Origin: a virus
DNA: 64,000 nt
IMG/VR virus record: IMGVR_UViG_3300022744_000026
Span: 14,098-78,097 of that record
Strand: one strand, 5' to 3'
The notes below the pieces were generated by a model. It ran no database searches and had not been told where the DNA came from. It saw only the letters and a program-made list of their open reading frames with translations. Shown one piece after another: positions 1-8,757 of this stretch; positions within the stretch are counted from its first letter, which is position 1; every line of letters starts with the position of its first letter. The translations under genes were made by a program, and so were the position numbers.

Positions 1-1865
1 CCAAGCGCGCAGCCGAGGCGGTGGCTGGCATGTTGGTTGTCCCGGAGTTCGACCCCACCGAGCCCGGCGAGCCGACCGACTGGAATGACCTGGCGCAGAA
101 GTCAGGGCTTGCCGCGGTGGTCGCGCAGTTCGACCTGGCGCTGAACCCGCCCGCCGCGCCGCCAGCGCCGGCCGTGCCCAGCGAGCCGCCGACTCTGCCG
201 CCGCCACCGATGCCGGTGGCCGGCGACGAGCCGGACATGGAGCGCAACGGGTACTTCTCGGTCCTGGGGTATGACCACGACACCTATTACCTGTTCCAGC
301 ACGAGCGCCGGCAGATATCGAGGTACACCAAGGGCGACTTCGGCAAGGCTGGCCTGATCGAGCTGGCGCCGCTGAACTGGTGGGAGACATACTTCCCCGG
401 CAAGCAGGGCCTGGACGCCAGTGCTGCCATGAACTGGCTCATCCGCGTGGCGGCGCGCCGCGGCATCTACGACATCAGCCGGATTCGCGGGCGCGGCGCG
501 TGGACGGACGACGGGCGCATTGTCTACCACCACGGCAGCAGTCTGACGGTGGACGGACAGGTGACGGATGTGACGCGGATTGTGAGCCGGTATGTCTACG
601 AGCTGGACCGGCCGCTGCCGGATCCGGCGCCGGAGATGCTGACCAGCGATGAAGGCGAGGCGATCCTCGACCTGGCGATGAAGTTCAGGTGGTCGAAGCC
701 TGGGAGCGCTGCGCTGGCGGCTGGATGGGCTGCGCTGGCGCCTGTTTGCGGGGCGCTGAAGTGGCGTCCGCATGTCTGGTTGGCGGGTGGCCCGGGGTCC
801 GGGAAATCAACAGTTCTTAACGATTTTTTGTTTTTCCTTACAGGCGGACTGGCTTTGTTCGCACAAGGCAACTCGACCGAGGCCGGCATCCGCCAGTCCC
901 TGCGCGCGGATGCGCTGCCAGTGCTCTACGACGAAAGCGAGCAGAACACCGATCAGGAGCGACACCGTGTGCAGGGCATCATCGCCCTGATTCGCCAGAG
1001 TTCAACCGAATCTCAGGCGCGCACACTGAAGGGCACGGCCGGCGGCGAGGCCAGCGCGTACCACATCCGCAGCATGTTCTGTCTCGCCTCCATCCAAGTC
1101 GGCCTGCGCAACCAGGCCGACACCGAACGCATCAGCCAACTCAACCTGCGCCCGAAGCACGAGGACCGAGACCCGGCCGCGACGTGGGCGGCGCTGTCGA
1201 AGGCGCTGGCGGCTCTGCGCGCCGACAAGGAACTGCCCGCCAGGCTGCTGCGCCGCTCGATCGACCTGCTGCCGGTGACACTGCAGAACATCGGCGTATT
1301 CAGTCGGGCCGCCAGCGAGCGGTTTGGCAGCGTGCGCGACGGCGACCAGTACGGGACATTGCTGGCGGGCGCATGGTCGCTGCAGTCCACAGAGGTTGCC
1401 GGGCATGACGAGGCGCTGGAGTGGATCGACCGATACGACTGGAGCGAGCACCGAGACCAGGCGGATGGCGACACCAGCGAGGATGCCCTTGCCGCCCTGC
1501 TGGAGCGCCGTGTGCGCGTGTCTGGCAGCATCGAGGCCACGGTGTACGAGTTGATCCGCGAGGCGCGCGGACAGTCGAACAACGGCCTGGACATCGGCAA
1601 GTCGATCGCCGAGGCTACGCTGACGCGCCATGGCATGCGCTTCACGCCGGACTGGCTGGTGTTCGCCAACAAGAGCCTTGGCCTGACCGAACTCATGCGC
1701 GGCACGCCATACGAGCAGGACATGCGCGGCCTGCTGCTGCGCATCAAGGGCGCAGACCGCAACGACAACCAGCCGATGTCGATCAACGGCACGGCCACCA
1801 AGGTGGTTAGGGTGCCGCTGACGCGAGTGCTGGGGCAGCAGCGGTATCTGGACGAGCCGTTCTAG
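1..1865 (+). CDS. Phage primase-helicase, 5'-truncated by the window edge (end of Toprim-like region plus P-loop NTPase)
   Basis: Frame is open from the window start. AAEAV..P.F...TDWNDL is the typical end of a phage Toprim domain. Walker A GGPGSGKST and Walker B VLYDESE are present. Confidence 0.8.
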   Translation, partial: KRAAEAVAGMLVVPEFDPTEPGEPTDWNDLAQKSGLAAVVAQFDLALNPPAAPPAPAVPSEPPTLPPPPMPVAGDEPDMERNGYFSVLGYDHDTYYLFQHERRQISRYTKGDFGKAGLIELAPLNWWETYFPGKQGLDASAAMNWLIRVAARRGIYDISRIRGRGAWTDDGRIVYHHGSSLTVDGQVTDVTRIVSRYVYELDRPLPDPAPEMLTSDEGEAILDLAMKFRWSKPGSAALAAGWAALAPVCGALKWRPHVWLAGGPGSGKSTVLNDFLFFLTGGLALFAQGNSTEAGIRQSLRADALPVLYDESEQNTDQERHRVQGIIALIRQSSTESQARTLKGTAGGEASAYHIRSMFCLASIQVGLRNQADTERISQLNLRPKHEDRDPAATWAALSKALAALRADKELPARLLRRSIDLLPVTLQNIGVFSRAASERFGSVRDGDQYGTLLAGAWSLQSTEVAGHDEALEWIDRYDWSEHRDQADGDTSEDALAALLERRVRVSGSIEATVYELIREARGQSNNGLDIGKSIAEATLTRHGMRFTPDWLVFANKSLGLTELMRGTPYEQDMRGLLLRIKGADRNDNQPMSINGTATKVVRVPLTRVLGQQRYLDEPF

Positions 1866-2122
1866 CAGTGGCCTCGGCTACTGGGCGGGGGCTTGGCTGG
1901 CGCCGGTGGCGGTGCTGGCGCCAGCCCTCGGCGCTTGTGGAATAGGCCGATCCGGTCCCGGATATCGGCCACGCACTGATCGCCCGTCGCTATGCTCGGG
2001 CACGCCTGGCGGTACTCGCTGCCGGAGTACGCGCGGACCACCACCTCCCTAGAGTCCGGCGCGTACCACACGGACTCAATGGCGCTGTAAAAAACAACCA
2101 CGTCATTGATCTTGAGCCACAT
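1862..2122 (-). CDS. Hypothetical protein
   Basis: 86-aa ATG ORF convergent with the primase gene. Confidence 0.5.
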   Translation of the reverse strand: MWLKINDVVVFYSAIESVWYAPDSREVVVRAYSGSEYRQACPSIATGDQCVADIRDRIGLFHKRRGLAPAPPPAPAKPPPSSRGHC

Positions 2123-2155
2123 GCGATATTTTTGCCGAATACGGGCGGTGGCGGA

Positions 2156-2189
2156 AACAAAAAAGCCCCGCGTGGGGGCTTGTTGTTTT
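2156..2189. terminator. Intrinsic terminator, possibly bidirectional
   Basis: AAGCCCC-gcgt-GGGGGCTT hairpin flanked by A and T tracts, at the end of the leftward operon. Confidence 0.7.
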
Positions 2190-2197
2190 TGAGGGTT

Positions 2198-2554
2198 CTA
2201 TGGCCCTGGCTGGCTGGTTGTTGGCGCGCTGGCAGCCCGTATCTGCCTGACCCTGGCCTCAGTTACCCCCGCCTCCAGCGCGGCCGACGTCGCCGTGCCA
2301 CCCTGCTCCAGCAGGTGCAGCACCAGTTCCCGCGTCGACTCCGCGCGCTGGCGGGCTTTGATGCCTCGCTCGACCCGGCCGGCGCATTCCTTCACGCGAG
2401 CGGGTCCGATCGCCTTGACCACCGAGTCCACCAGTTCATAGGTCGACCAGCGGTGCCCATCGGCGCACTTGTAGCGGCGCCAGACGCCGTATTCCATGGT
2501 CCGGGTCTCAAGCACGCGCGACGTGGTGAGCCCGCAGGTTGTGCAGCGCATCAT
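2198..2554 (-). CDS. NrdR-N/Ogr-like zinc-ribbon protein with C-terminal HTH
   Basis: MRCTTCG..SRVLETR...WRRYKC..GHRWSTYE resembles the NrdR Zn ribbon; C-terminal TSAALEAGVTEARVRQIR looks like an HTH. Confidence 0.7.
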   Translation of the reverse strand: MMRCTTCGLTTSRVLETRTMEYGVWRRYKCADGHRWSTYELVDSVVKAIGPARVKECAGRVERGIKARQRAESTRELVLHLLEQGGTATSAALEAGVTEARVRQIRAASAPTTSQPGP

Positions 2555-2856
2555 AGGAGTCGAGCGATTTCGCTGGTGAGCGTGGCGTCTTGGTCCGCGA
2601 GCCCGATCAGGCGCAGGAACCCCAAATAGCTCATCGAGCCGCGCTTTTGGTTGCACGGCAGGCATGACAGTACAAGGTTGCTGGACTCGTTGCCGCCGCC
2701 CTCGCAGATGGGTTTGATGTGGTCGAGTGTGATGCGACGACGGTGCACCACAACATCGCAGTAGTGGCACGGCGCCTCGCGCCGGCCGTCCATCAACACG
2801 TCGAGCTGGTTTTTCCGCTCGCCGATGCTCCATGGCTTCGTTGCGCGGTGAGACAT
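2551..2856 (-). CDS. HNH endonuclease
   Basis: CHYC...TLDHIKP...GG.N..SNLVLSCLPCNQKRG. Confidence 0.9.
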   Translation of the reverse strand: MSHRATKPWSIGERKNQLDVLMDGRREAPCHYCDVVVHRRRITLDHIKPICEGGGNESSNLVLSCLPCNQKRGSMSYLGFLRLIGLADQDATLTSEIARLL

Positions 2857-2858
2857 GT

Positions 2859-3176
2859 CTATGACTGCTTGCAGGGGTAGGCTGCCACCAGCCCGCGCAT
2901 GATGATGGGCGCTGCGGGGGCGTAGGGGCCTTCCTTTGAGTTGACCAGCGCGCGCTTGGCGGTGTTCATCGCCATGGCCAGCGTGGTGCCTTGAGGAGCG
3001 CAGATCAGGAACCCGACTGCGGCATCCCACAGGCCGGCGACGTAGCCCATGGAGTCCACGAACTGCGGACTGGGCGGCTGGCTCATGTTGAACAGGACTT
3101 CGCCCGCTGAGCGGAACTGCGCGCTGGCTGTGGCGCAGGACAGGGCCAGGGTGGCGGCGATGAGGGTGGATTTCAT
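2859..3176 (-). CDS. Secreted Rap1a/Tai-like immunity family protein
   Basis: Signal peptide; GYVAGLWD, ICAP and terminal YPC pattern of the Rap1a family. Confidence 0.7.
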   Translation of the reverse strand: MKSTLIAATLALSCATASAQFRSAGEVLFNMSQPPSPQFVDSMGYVAGLWDAAVGFLICAPQGTTLAMAMNTAKRALVNSKEGPYAPAAPIIMRGLVAAYPCKQS

Positions 3177-3180
3177 GGAG

Positions 3181-3417
3181 TCACTTTCTACCGCACAACC
3201 GGCGCGCGGTGTCCGCCTTGTGAGCGGGGTTGTCGTTGCCAAACCACCAGGCGGTGCAGATTTCGCCGCGCTCGGCAGTCGAGAGGAGCGCCTTGGCCGG
3301 CGCGGGTTTTGGCGCAATGCAGGCGCTGGCGGCGCCGTGCTGGCGGCCATCGGCTTGCCCGATCAGGTAGGCCGTCCAGCCGACCACCACGGCTGCGAGC
3401 AGGTGGCGGATGCGCAT
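3181..3417 (-). CDS. Hypothetical exported or membrane protein
   Basis: N-terminal hydrophobic segment; CTAWWF motif; fits the operon tiling. Confidence 0.55.
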   Translation of the reverse strand: MRIRHLLAAVVVGWTAYLIGQADGRQHGAASACIAPKPAPAKALLSTAERGEICTAWWFGNDNPAHKADTARRLCGRK

Positions 3418-3418
3418 G

Positions 3419-3724
3419 TCAGGAGGCGCGCAGGGCCGCGGACGCGAGTGTGCTGGCGGTGCCGACGACGGCGGCCAAGCAGATGCCGAAGATGATCGAC
3501 TCGAAGGGCGTGGCGGTGGCTTCGCAGCCGAGGCGGGCGCGCAGTCGTTCGGCGGTGGCCTTGGCGGACGCCTCCTCGCGCTCCAGGGTGGCGAGCAGTG
3601 CGGCGTGCGCCTCGCTGCCGGGGTCGGTCAGCAGCAGGTCGGCGCTGAGGTCGGTGATCTCGTCCTCCAGCAGGGAGAGCTTGAGGCGGTCTTTGAATGT
3701 GATGATGCGGGTGAGGAGGTTCAT
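3419..3724 (-). CDS. Hypothetical protein
   Basis: Tiles the leftward operon; start taken at MNLLT. Confidence 0.5.
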   Translation of the reverse strand: MNLLTRIITFKDRLKLSLLEDEITDLSADLLLTDPGSEAHAALLATLEREEASAKATAERLRARLGCEATATPFESIIFGICLAAVVGTASTLASAALRAS

Positions 3725-3830
3725 GGTGGGGCTGCTTGTGGGGAGGTGCCGCCAGCCGGGCGGCGCGGGTGGTCGCACTGGTCAGCCCCTGGGGGAGGGG
3801 CTGAGCGGTGGGATCAGGAGGCGCGGGCGA

Positions 3831-4049
3831 TCAGAGTGTGCCGACAGGAGTACCCGTGTCGTGATAGATCCAGCCGCACAGCGTGCCAGGCTGGCGACGG
3901 ATGATCTTGCGGCAGCCGGGGCCGCCAGCCCACAGGATCGATGTGTAGTTGGCCTCTGCCGGTGGCCGGTGCGCTGCCTCGATCTGTGTGTACGCCTGCC
4001 TCAACACTCGATCGAGTACGACGCTGGCGCGGTGCTGTTTGCGGGTCAT
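3831..4049 (-). CDS. Hypothetical protein
   Basis: ATG preceded by an AGGAG ribosome-binding site. Confidence 0.5.
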   Translation of the reverse strand: MTRKQHRASVVLDRVLRQAYTQIEAAHRPPAEANYTSILWAGGPGCRKIIRRQPGTLCGWIYHDTGTPVGTL

Positions 4050-4158
4050 GATGGGCTCCTTGGTTGGTTGCGTTGTTCGATGACTGAATTCTGCTACGCG
4101 CAGCCGTTCTTGTGTTGTTAGATTTACCTATGGCACCACTCACGCCAATGCACTCAGC

Positions 4159-4443
4159 CTATCGTGCCTCCACGCCCGGCCCGTCCGCCTCCAGCCGATC
4201 CAGCTTCTCCTTGCGCCGCAGCGCCAGGTCGCGCCAGATGTCGCGCTCGGCTTCCAACTCGGCCTCGCGCTCGGCTGCGCGACGGCGGGGGATTAGCTCC
4301 CACACCTGGGGGTTGTCGCGGCGTTGCTGGCGGACTTCCTCGGCAGCGTCGGCGGTGCGCGCCAGGCTGGGGCCGAACTGCTCGACCCATCCGTTGCAGA
4401 TGAGGTAGCCGGATGTGGGGATGTCGCGGATGGGGGTGGGCAT
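4159..4443 (-). CDS. Hypothetical protein
   Basis: Tiles the operon; start taken at MPTPIR. Confidence 0.5.
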   Translation of the reverse strand: MPTPIRDIPTSGYLICNGWVEQFGPSLARTADAAEEVRQQRRDNPQVWELIPRRRAAEREAELEAERDIWRDLALRRKEKLDRLEADGPGVEAR

Positions 4444-4444
4444 G

Positions 4445-4750
4445 TCAGTCTTTGGTGGTGGCGGCTGCGATGGCTGCGCGAAGTTGCTTGATTGACTCAA
4501 TATAAAGCTCATCATCTGCTAACTTTCTTCTGTAGATTGGAGTGTCAAAAAGACCTCGCATATTTAGCAGAGCATCCAGCAGATCAGGCGCCGCGGCGAT
4601 CAGGCGAGCGTTTGCCCTGCGCTCGTCCAGTGGACCTATTGGCGCAACGAATGCAATGGGCGAGCAGCCACGCGACTTGCTGTCGCTGTCGCATACCTGC
4701 GTCTTGTCGAGGTGGTTTAATTGCCACGGCCCTGGTGTGTGCTTGCTCAT
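4445..4750 (-). CDS. Conserved phage early protein (HTPGPW...ANARLIAAAP family)
   Basis: MSKHTPGPW and RANARLIAAAPDLLDAL signatures. Confidence 0.8.
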   Translation of the reverse strand: MSKHTPGPWQLNHLDKTQVCDSDSKSRGCSPIAFVAPIGPLDERRANARLIAAAPDLLDALLNMRGLFDTPIYRRKLADDELYIESIKQLRAAIAAATTKD

Positions 4751-5046
4751 GATTGCAACTCCAATACAGCCAACTCCAACCGGAGCTTGCGCACCACAGC
4801 CCGCAGGCTGGCGATGCGTGGCAGGAACTCGGGACCGCCACGCAGCAGCGTGCAGCGGTATGAAAGGTCGGCGGCCAGGTGATCGGCGTCGGTGGCGTCG
4901 ATGGTCTGGTGGCCGGCGGTGAACGACAGGCCGCGCCAGTGCGCGCGGTACTGCTCAGACGTGCTGGTGTCCTCGGCGCGGCGTGCCGCGGCTTCCTGGC
5001 AGGCTTGCGCCTGCAGGGTGGTGAGGTTGATGCGGATGGTGGTCAT
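4747..5046 (-). CDS. Hypothetical protein
   Basis: ATGA overlaps with both neighbouring genes. Confidence 0.6.
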   Translation of the reverse strand: MTTIRINLTTLQAQACQEAAARRAEDTSTSEQYRAHWRGLSFTAGHQTIDATDADHLAADLSYRCTLLRGGPEFLPRIASLRAVVRKLRLELAVLELQS

Positions 5047-5795
5047 ACGGGCGGGAACTGGTGCTGCTGGCTGCGCTGGCGGTAGGTTGGCGCGGCATCG
5101 CTAGGCTGCTTGCCGGGCAGCGGCGTGCCGATGGCGGGGCGGGTCGCTTTGCGGCGCTCCAGCTTTGCCAGCAGGTCGAAGCCGCAGGCATCGTCTCGCA
5201 TCGGCATGATGATCATCAGCGCCTCGTGGATGTGCATGAACTGCACGGCGACGGCGCTTTGCGGGTTTTCAGACCACAGGCGAACGCCAGAGAATCGGCC
5301 TGCACCGATAGACGCCAGGTCGTTGGCCTGGGACAGGTATTTCGGATTGACGGCGCCAGCGGTGCAGGGCTTGAGCTTCGAAAACTCGGGGATGACCCGG
5401 ATGATGTCGGGGAATTTGCCCGTCATCTGTGCAGGCCCTGGCGACACGAACTGCTCGGTCTCGTCGTGAGCTGCACCGTGCCTGGAGTTGATGCTCAGGC
5501 GCTGGCCGTCCAGCACGGCGATCATGTCCGGCTTGCTCTTGACGCGAGCAGCCGCGGCGAGCAGGCCAGGCTTGATCGCGATGGTGATGTCGGACGCGCC
5601 GACGATGTCGCCATCGGCGTCGTGCACGATAGCTGCGGCGTGGCCGTCGCAGCCGCAGACGAGCACGCCGGGGCCATCGGGGTACTTCAGGACGTGGATG
5701 CCGTTGAGGTAGTACCGGATGTCGGCGATCGCACGGCAGGTGGCGGCCATGCGCAGGGCGCGCAGGCTGAATTTGGCGCGGATGGTGGTGGTCAT
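5043..5795 (-). CDS. DNA polymerase III beta-clamp-like protein (short phage version)
   Basis: DIRYYLNGIH, GCDGH, GKFPDIIRVIP, VNPKYL and IIMPMR match DnaN domain II-III motifs. Confidence 0.8.
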   Translation of the reverse strand: MTTTIRAKFSLRALRMAATCRAIADIRYYLNGIHVLKYPDGPGVLVCGCDGHAAAIVHDADGDIVGASDITIAIKPGLLAAAARVKSKPDMIAVLDGQRLSINSRHGAAHDETEQFVSPGPAQMTGKFPDIIRVIPEFSKLKPCTAGAVNPKYLSQANDLASIGAGRFSGVRLWSENPQSAVAVQFMHIHEALMIIMPMRDDACGFDLLAKLERRKATRPAIGTPLPGKQPSDAAPTYRQRSQQHQFPPV

Positions 5796-5947
5796 GTCGG
5801 TTGTGCCGGTGGTGCCGGCGTTGTGGTGGTGGCGATGGGTTGGCGACGCGCCAGGATGTCCGCAGCGCCCGCATAGCACTGCCAGACGACGGCAGCGCAG
5901 CAGCAGGCGCTGATGAGTTGCATGAGGATGGTGGCGCGCGTGGTCAT
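5792..5947 (-). CDS. Small hypothetical membrane protein
   Basis: Hydrophobic ORF with an ATGA overlap into the clamp-like gene. Confidence 0.4.
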   Translation of the reverse strand: MTTRATILMQLISACCCAAVVWQCYAGAADILARRQPIATTTTPAPPAQPT

Positions 5948-6080
5948 GGCGATACCAGGCGAAGCACCCGCACCCAGTAATGCACACGCGAGCGTGCGGT
6001 GGGGTCGCTGTGGCGCATGGCGTAGAGGGCGGGTATCTTGTTGCGGGCCATGAGGGCGGCGCATTGGCGTTCGAGGGTGG

Positions 6081-6407
6081 TCACTGCACCACCACCATGG
6101 CAGCCGAGCCACCCGAGCGCTGCGCGCCGCACCAGCCGGTGGAGATGTGCCACACGCCGGCCTCCAGCACGGCTTCCACGTACTGGATCTGGCAGCGGTT
6201 GCGGTAGCTGTTGGGGACGAAGCCCCAGGCGCTGTACACGCGCACGCGGCGCTTGGCTGTGCCCAGGTGCGTCACCAGGGTGGCGACCTCGTCGGCATCG
6301 ATCGCACGCTTGGTGCGCAGGCCGGGCTTGCCGAAGGCGGGCGCCAGGGCTGCGATGGCGGGCGCGGGGATAGCTCCGGCAGAGGCGAATTCGGGGATGA
6401 GGTACAT
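6081..6407 (-). CDS. Hypothetical protein
   Basis: AGGAG ribosome-binding site before MYLIP. Confidence 0.6.
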   Translation of the reverse strand: MYLIPEFASAGAIPAPAIAALAPAFGKPGLRTKRAIDADEVATLVTHLGTAKRRVRVYSAWGFVPNSYRNRCQIQYVEAVLEAGVWHISTGWCGAQRSGGSAAMVVVQ

Positions 6408-6453
6408 GGTGCGGCTCCTTGTGCATTGCGTAGCGACCCATCCGCCACACCTA

Positions 6454-6464
6454 AAATTTACTAC
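6454..6464 (-). promoter_or_regulatory. GTAGTAAATTT early-promoter-like motif
   Basis: Identical 11-mer at 6454, 6694 and 8716, each upstream of a gene in the same orientation. Confidence 0.55.
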
Positions 6465-6688
6465 AGCCACACCCACGCATCATGAGGGTTTGCTATCAGG
6501 TCCAGTGACTCGATAGCGGCTGCAATGCTGGCGCAGGCGTCGATGGCGGCGGTCGCGTCAGCGGCGGGTGTCAGGCCCATCTGCTGGTCGAGCTGCAGGC
6601 GCACGTCGACGGGCAGGGTGAGCCAGTCGGCGTGCACTTGCTGTGACCACAGCAGGAGGGGGTCGGCGGTGAGGTAGTCGGCTTGCAT
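6461..6688 (-). CDS. Hypothetical protein, probably leaderless
   Basis: ATG lies 6 nt after TAAATT. Confidence 0.5.
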   Translation of the reverse strand: MQADYLTADPLLLWSQQVHADWLTLPVDVRLQLDQQMGLTPAADATAAIDACASIAAAIESLDLIANPHDAWVWL

Positions 6689-6693
6689 GACTG

Positions 6694-6704
6694 AAATTTA
6701 CTAC
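6694..6704 (-). promoter_or_regulatory. GTAGTAAATTT early-promoter-like motif
   Basis: Repeat copy; TAAATT-N6-ATG geometry. Confidence 0.6.
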
Positions 6705-6774
6705 ATTGCAGCCACCCGGGATGAGGGGTTGCACTGTAAGTTGCTATGTGTCTGTGCAAGTCGATTGCCGGAGG

Positions 6775-7443
6775 CTATTGGTCGATGGCGGCGGTCAGGG
6801 CTTCCATCTGCGCGGCTTCGAATGCCTCGCGCGAGCCCCAGGAGGCGTGCTGCTCGTTGCTGGGGTCGTAGTCGATCCAGCCGTGGGGGCGGTAGGGGGC
6901 TGGAGCCGGCGCCGCGACGGGCTTGACTGGTGCGGGAGCCGGCGCCTCGCGCAGTCGCTCGATGGTCATCAGGCTGGTGCGCATGCTGTAGCTGGTGGTG
7001 AACCTGCGGCCGATCCGCATGCCGGTGTTGCTGATGTGGGAGCGGGTCGTGGGCACCTTGTGCGGCTCGATCGTCAGCGTCATCCGGCCGCCAGGCGGTA
7101 GCAGGTCGATGCCGGCGAGTGCGCCGGTGACCTTGCTGGCGACCTCGGCGGTGGTGCTCTGCGCGGTCGGCGTGAGGCCGCAGGAGCGCAGCACGTTGGC
7201 AGCGAAGGCCGGGCTGAGCCACATGAGATAGGCCAAGGCCAGCTCGCGCGTGGCGTGGGTGGTGCTGGCTTCGCAGCGCAGTTCAGCCACCAGGGCGGTC
7301 GTCTGGCGCAGCGCCAGGAACCGTTCAGGGCGCTGCGCGTCGTTCGCGCCGATGGCTGAGTGGATGTCGAGCAGGTTGTGGGTGGTGGTTGGCATACATG
7401 CATTCACTTGATGAGGAGGAGTGAGTGTATGAGCTTTCGACAT
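6775..7443 (-). CDS. KilA-N domain protein (start may be 7395)
   Basis: LLDIHSAIG..QRPERFL....T.ALVAEL...HATRELALAYLMWLSPAFAANV matches KilA-N. Confidence 0.8.
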   Translation of the reverse strand: MSKAHTLTPPHQVNACMPTTTHNLLDIHSAIGANDAQRPERFLALRQTTALVAELRCEASTTHATRELALAYLMWLSPAFAANVLRSCGLTPTAQSTTAEVASKVTGALAGIDLLPPGGRMTLTIEPHKVPTTRSHISNTGMRIGRRFTTSYSMRTSLMTIERLREAPAPAPVKPVAAPAPAPYRPHGWIDYDPSNEQHASWGSREAFEAAQMEALTAAIDQ

Positions 7444-7540
7444 TCACTGGATGGCTTGTGAATGAATGTTTTTGGCTGGTCGGTAATAGATTCAGGGCGA
7501 AATCGTTGAGCAAATACCATCAACGGTTAGGAAAGTTATC

Positions 7541-7791
7541 AATGAAATCAACGACTTAGCTCTAACCCTACCAAATTACCTGTTACCGGCCAAAAAGACA
7601 TATAGAGAGAGAAAGACATATAAACATTCATTCATTTATACAGTGAATGAATGAATGAATATATTTCTCTCATAGTGTTTATATCTATGGTAATATTGGT
7701 AAGGTAAGTAGTAAGTAGAAAAAATTCTTCTTCAAGATCAACAACTTAGCGTCATTACCTGAAGTATTACTTGAACCGAACCGGTATTACC
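7541..7791. repeat. AT-rich origin-like element, copy 1
   Basis: TTACC/GGTAA repeats, CATTCATTCA/TGAATGAATG inverted core and ATCAACAACTTAGC; homologous to 33249-33450. Confidence 0.75.
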
Positions 7792-7853
7792 GTTGCTGAC
7801 CTGCACGGTAATTCACGGGTTCTCCTGGGTGGATTGCGCAGAAAACAGGCACA

Positions 7854-8423
7854 ATGAGGGGAGCGGATAGAAGGCTAGCTAAAATGCACAAAGTCACCTA
7901 CTTCACCCCGGAATGGGCGCCCCAAGGGCGCTTGTTTTTCCGGTGCGACCGCCTGGCGGCGACGCTGGGGCCCGAGCAGTGCGCGACGAACTGGGGGCGC
8001 GCTACGGCGGGCGACGGGATGCTGAGGTGCAAGGGGTGCAGGGTCGGGGCGGAGCATGCGGGGCAGGACCGCGCCAACGCTCACCCGCTGCGGGGGATGA
8101 TGATCTGCGCTAGGTGCCAGCGTGGCTGCAGCCGGCTGGTCGAAGGCTGGACGTGTGTGAGCTGCTATAACCGCGGCCGCGAGTGGCGCATGCAGCGCAA
8201 CGCCAAGGGCAGCTTCCCGAGCCGCATGAAGCCGCTGGTGCCGATGACGATCACCTACACCGAGGCCGGCGTCCCCGGCGTGCTGCGGCGCCAGTGGACG
8301 CAGAGCCGCGAGGAACTGGTGTTCGGCTTGTTGCGCGACGCTACCGGCGAGGTGGCGATTGCGTTCAACGGCAAGCCGAACCTGTCCGGCGCTACCGGAA
8401 CCCCGCAGGGGTCGCTCTGGTGA
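7854..8423 (+). CDS. Cys-rich (zinc-finger-like) hypothetical protein
   Basis: CKGC, CARC and CVSC motifs; start may be 7884. Confidence 0.7.
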   Translation: MRGADRRLAKMHKVTYFTPEWAPQGRLFFRCDRLAATLGPEQCATNWGRATAGDGMLRCKGCRVGAEHAGQDRANAHPLRGMMICARCQRGCSRLVEGWTCVSCYNRGREWRMQRNAKGSFPSRMKPLVPMTITYTEAGVPGVLRRQWTQSREELVFGLLRDATGEVAIAFNGKPNLSGATGTPQGSLW

Positions 8424-8686
8424 GCGGCTGGACGATCGAGCCGCACGTCTGCCGCGCCTGCGGTGGCCGCGTGCTGAGCCAGGACACGGAAGGCGAGGAA
8501 ACCCGCTACCGCTGCAGCAACTGCGGAACCGAGGCGCTGGGGCGTCGGCCATGGGTGGTGTGCGGGTGCGGGATCAGGATTCGCGGCGCGGTGGATGCTG
8601 GACTGAGGTGCCGGCAGAACCCTGATCGGTCGATCGAGGTGCCCGCGGAGATTGTGGTGATGCAATCGATTGAGCGGGCCCGATAG
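8420..8686 (+). CDS. Zinc-ribbon protein
   Basis: GTG start overlapping the upstream stop; CRAC, CSNC and CGC motifs. Confidence 0.65.
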   Translation: MSGWTIEPHVCRACGGRVLSQDTEGEETRYRCSNCGTEALGRRPWVVCGCGIRIRGAVDAGLRCRQNPDRSIEVPAEIVVMQSIERAR

Positions 8687-8715
8687 CCAACCCCAATCCA
8701 CACCCCACCCGCCAC

Positions 8716-8726
8716 GTAGTAAATTT
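8716..8726 (+). promoter_or_regulatory. GTAGTAAATTT early-promoter-like motif
   Basis: Third identical copy, upstream of ORF 8758. Confidence 0.55.
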
Positions 8727-8757
8727 GAGGCTCTACTAACCAACCAGCCCCACTGCC

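Noticed and set aside
7625-7660. CATT/GAAT short repeats as a CRISPR array or microsatellite
   Set aside because: No repeat-spacer periodicity; they are part of the inverted core of the origin-like element.
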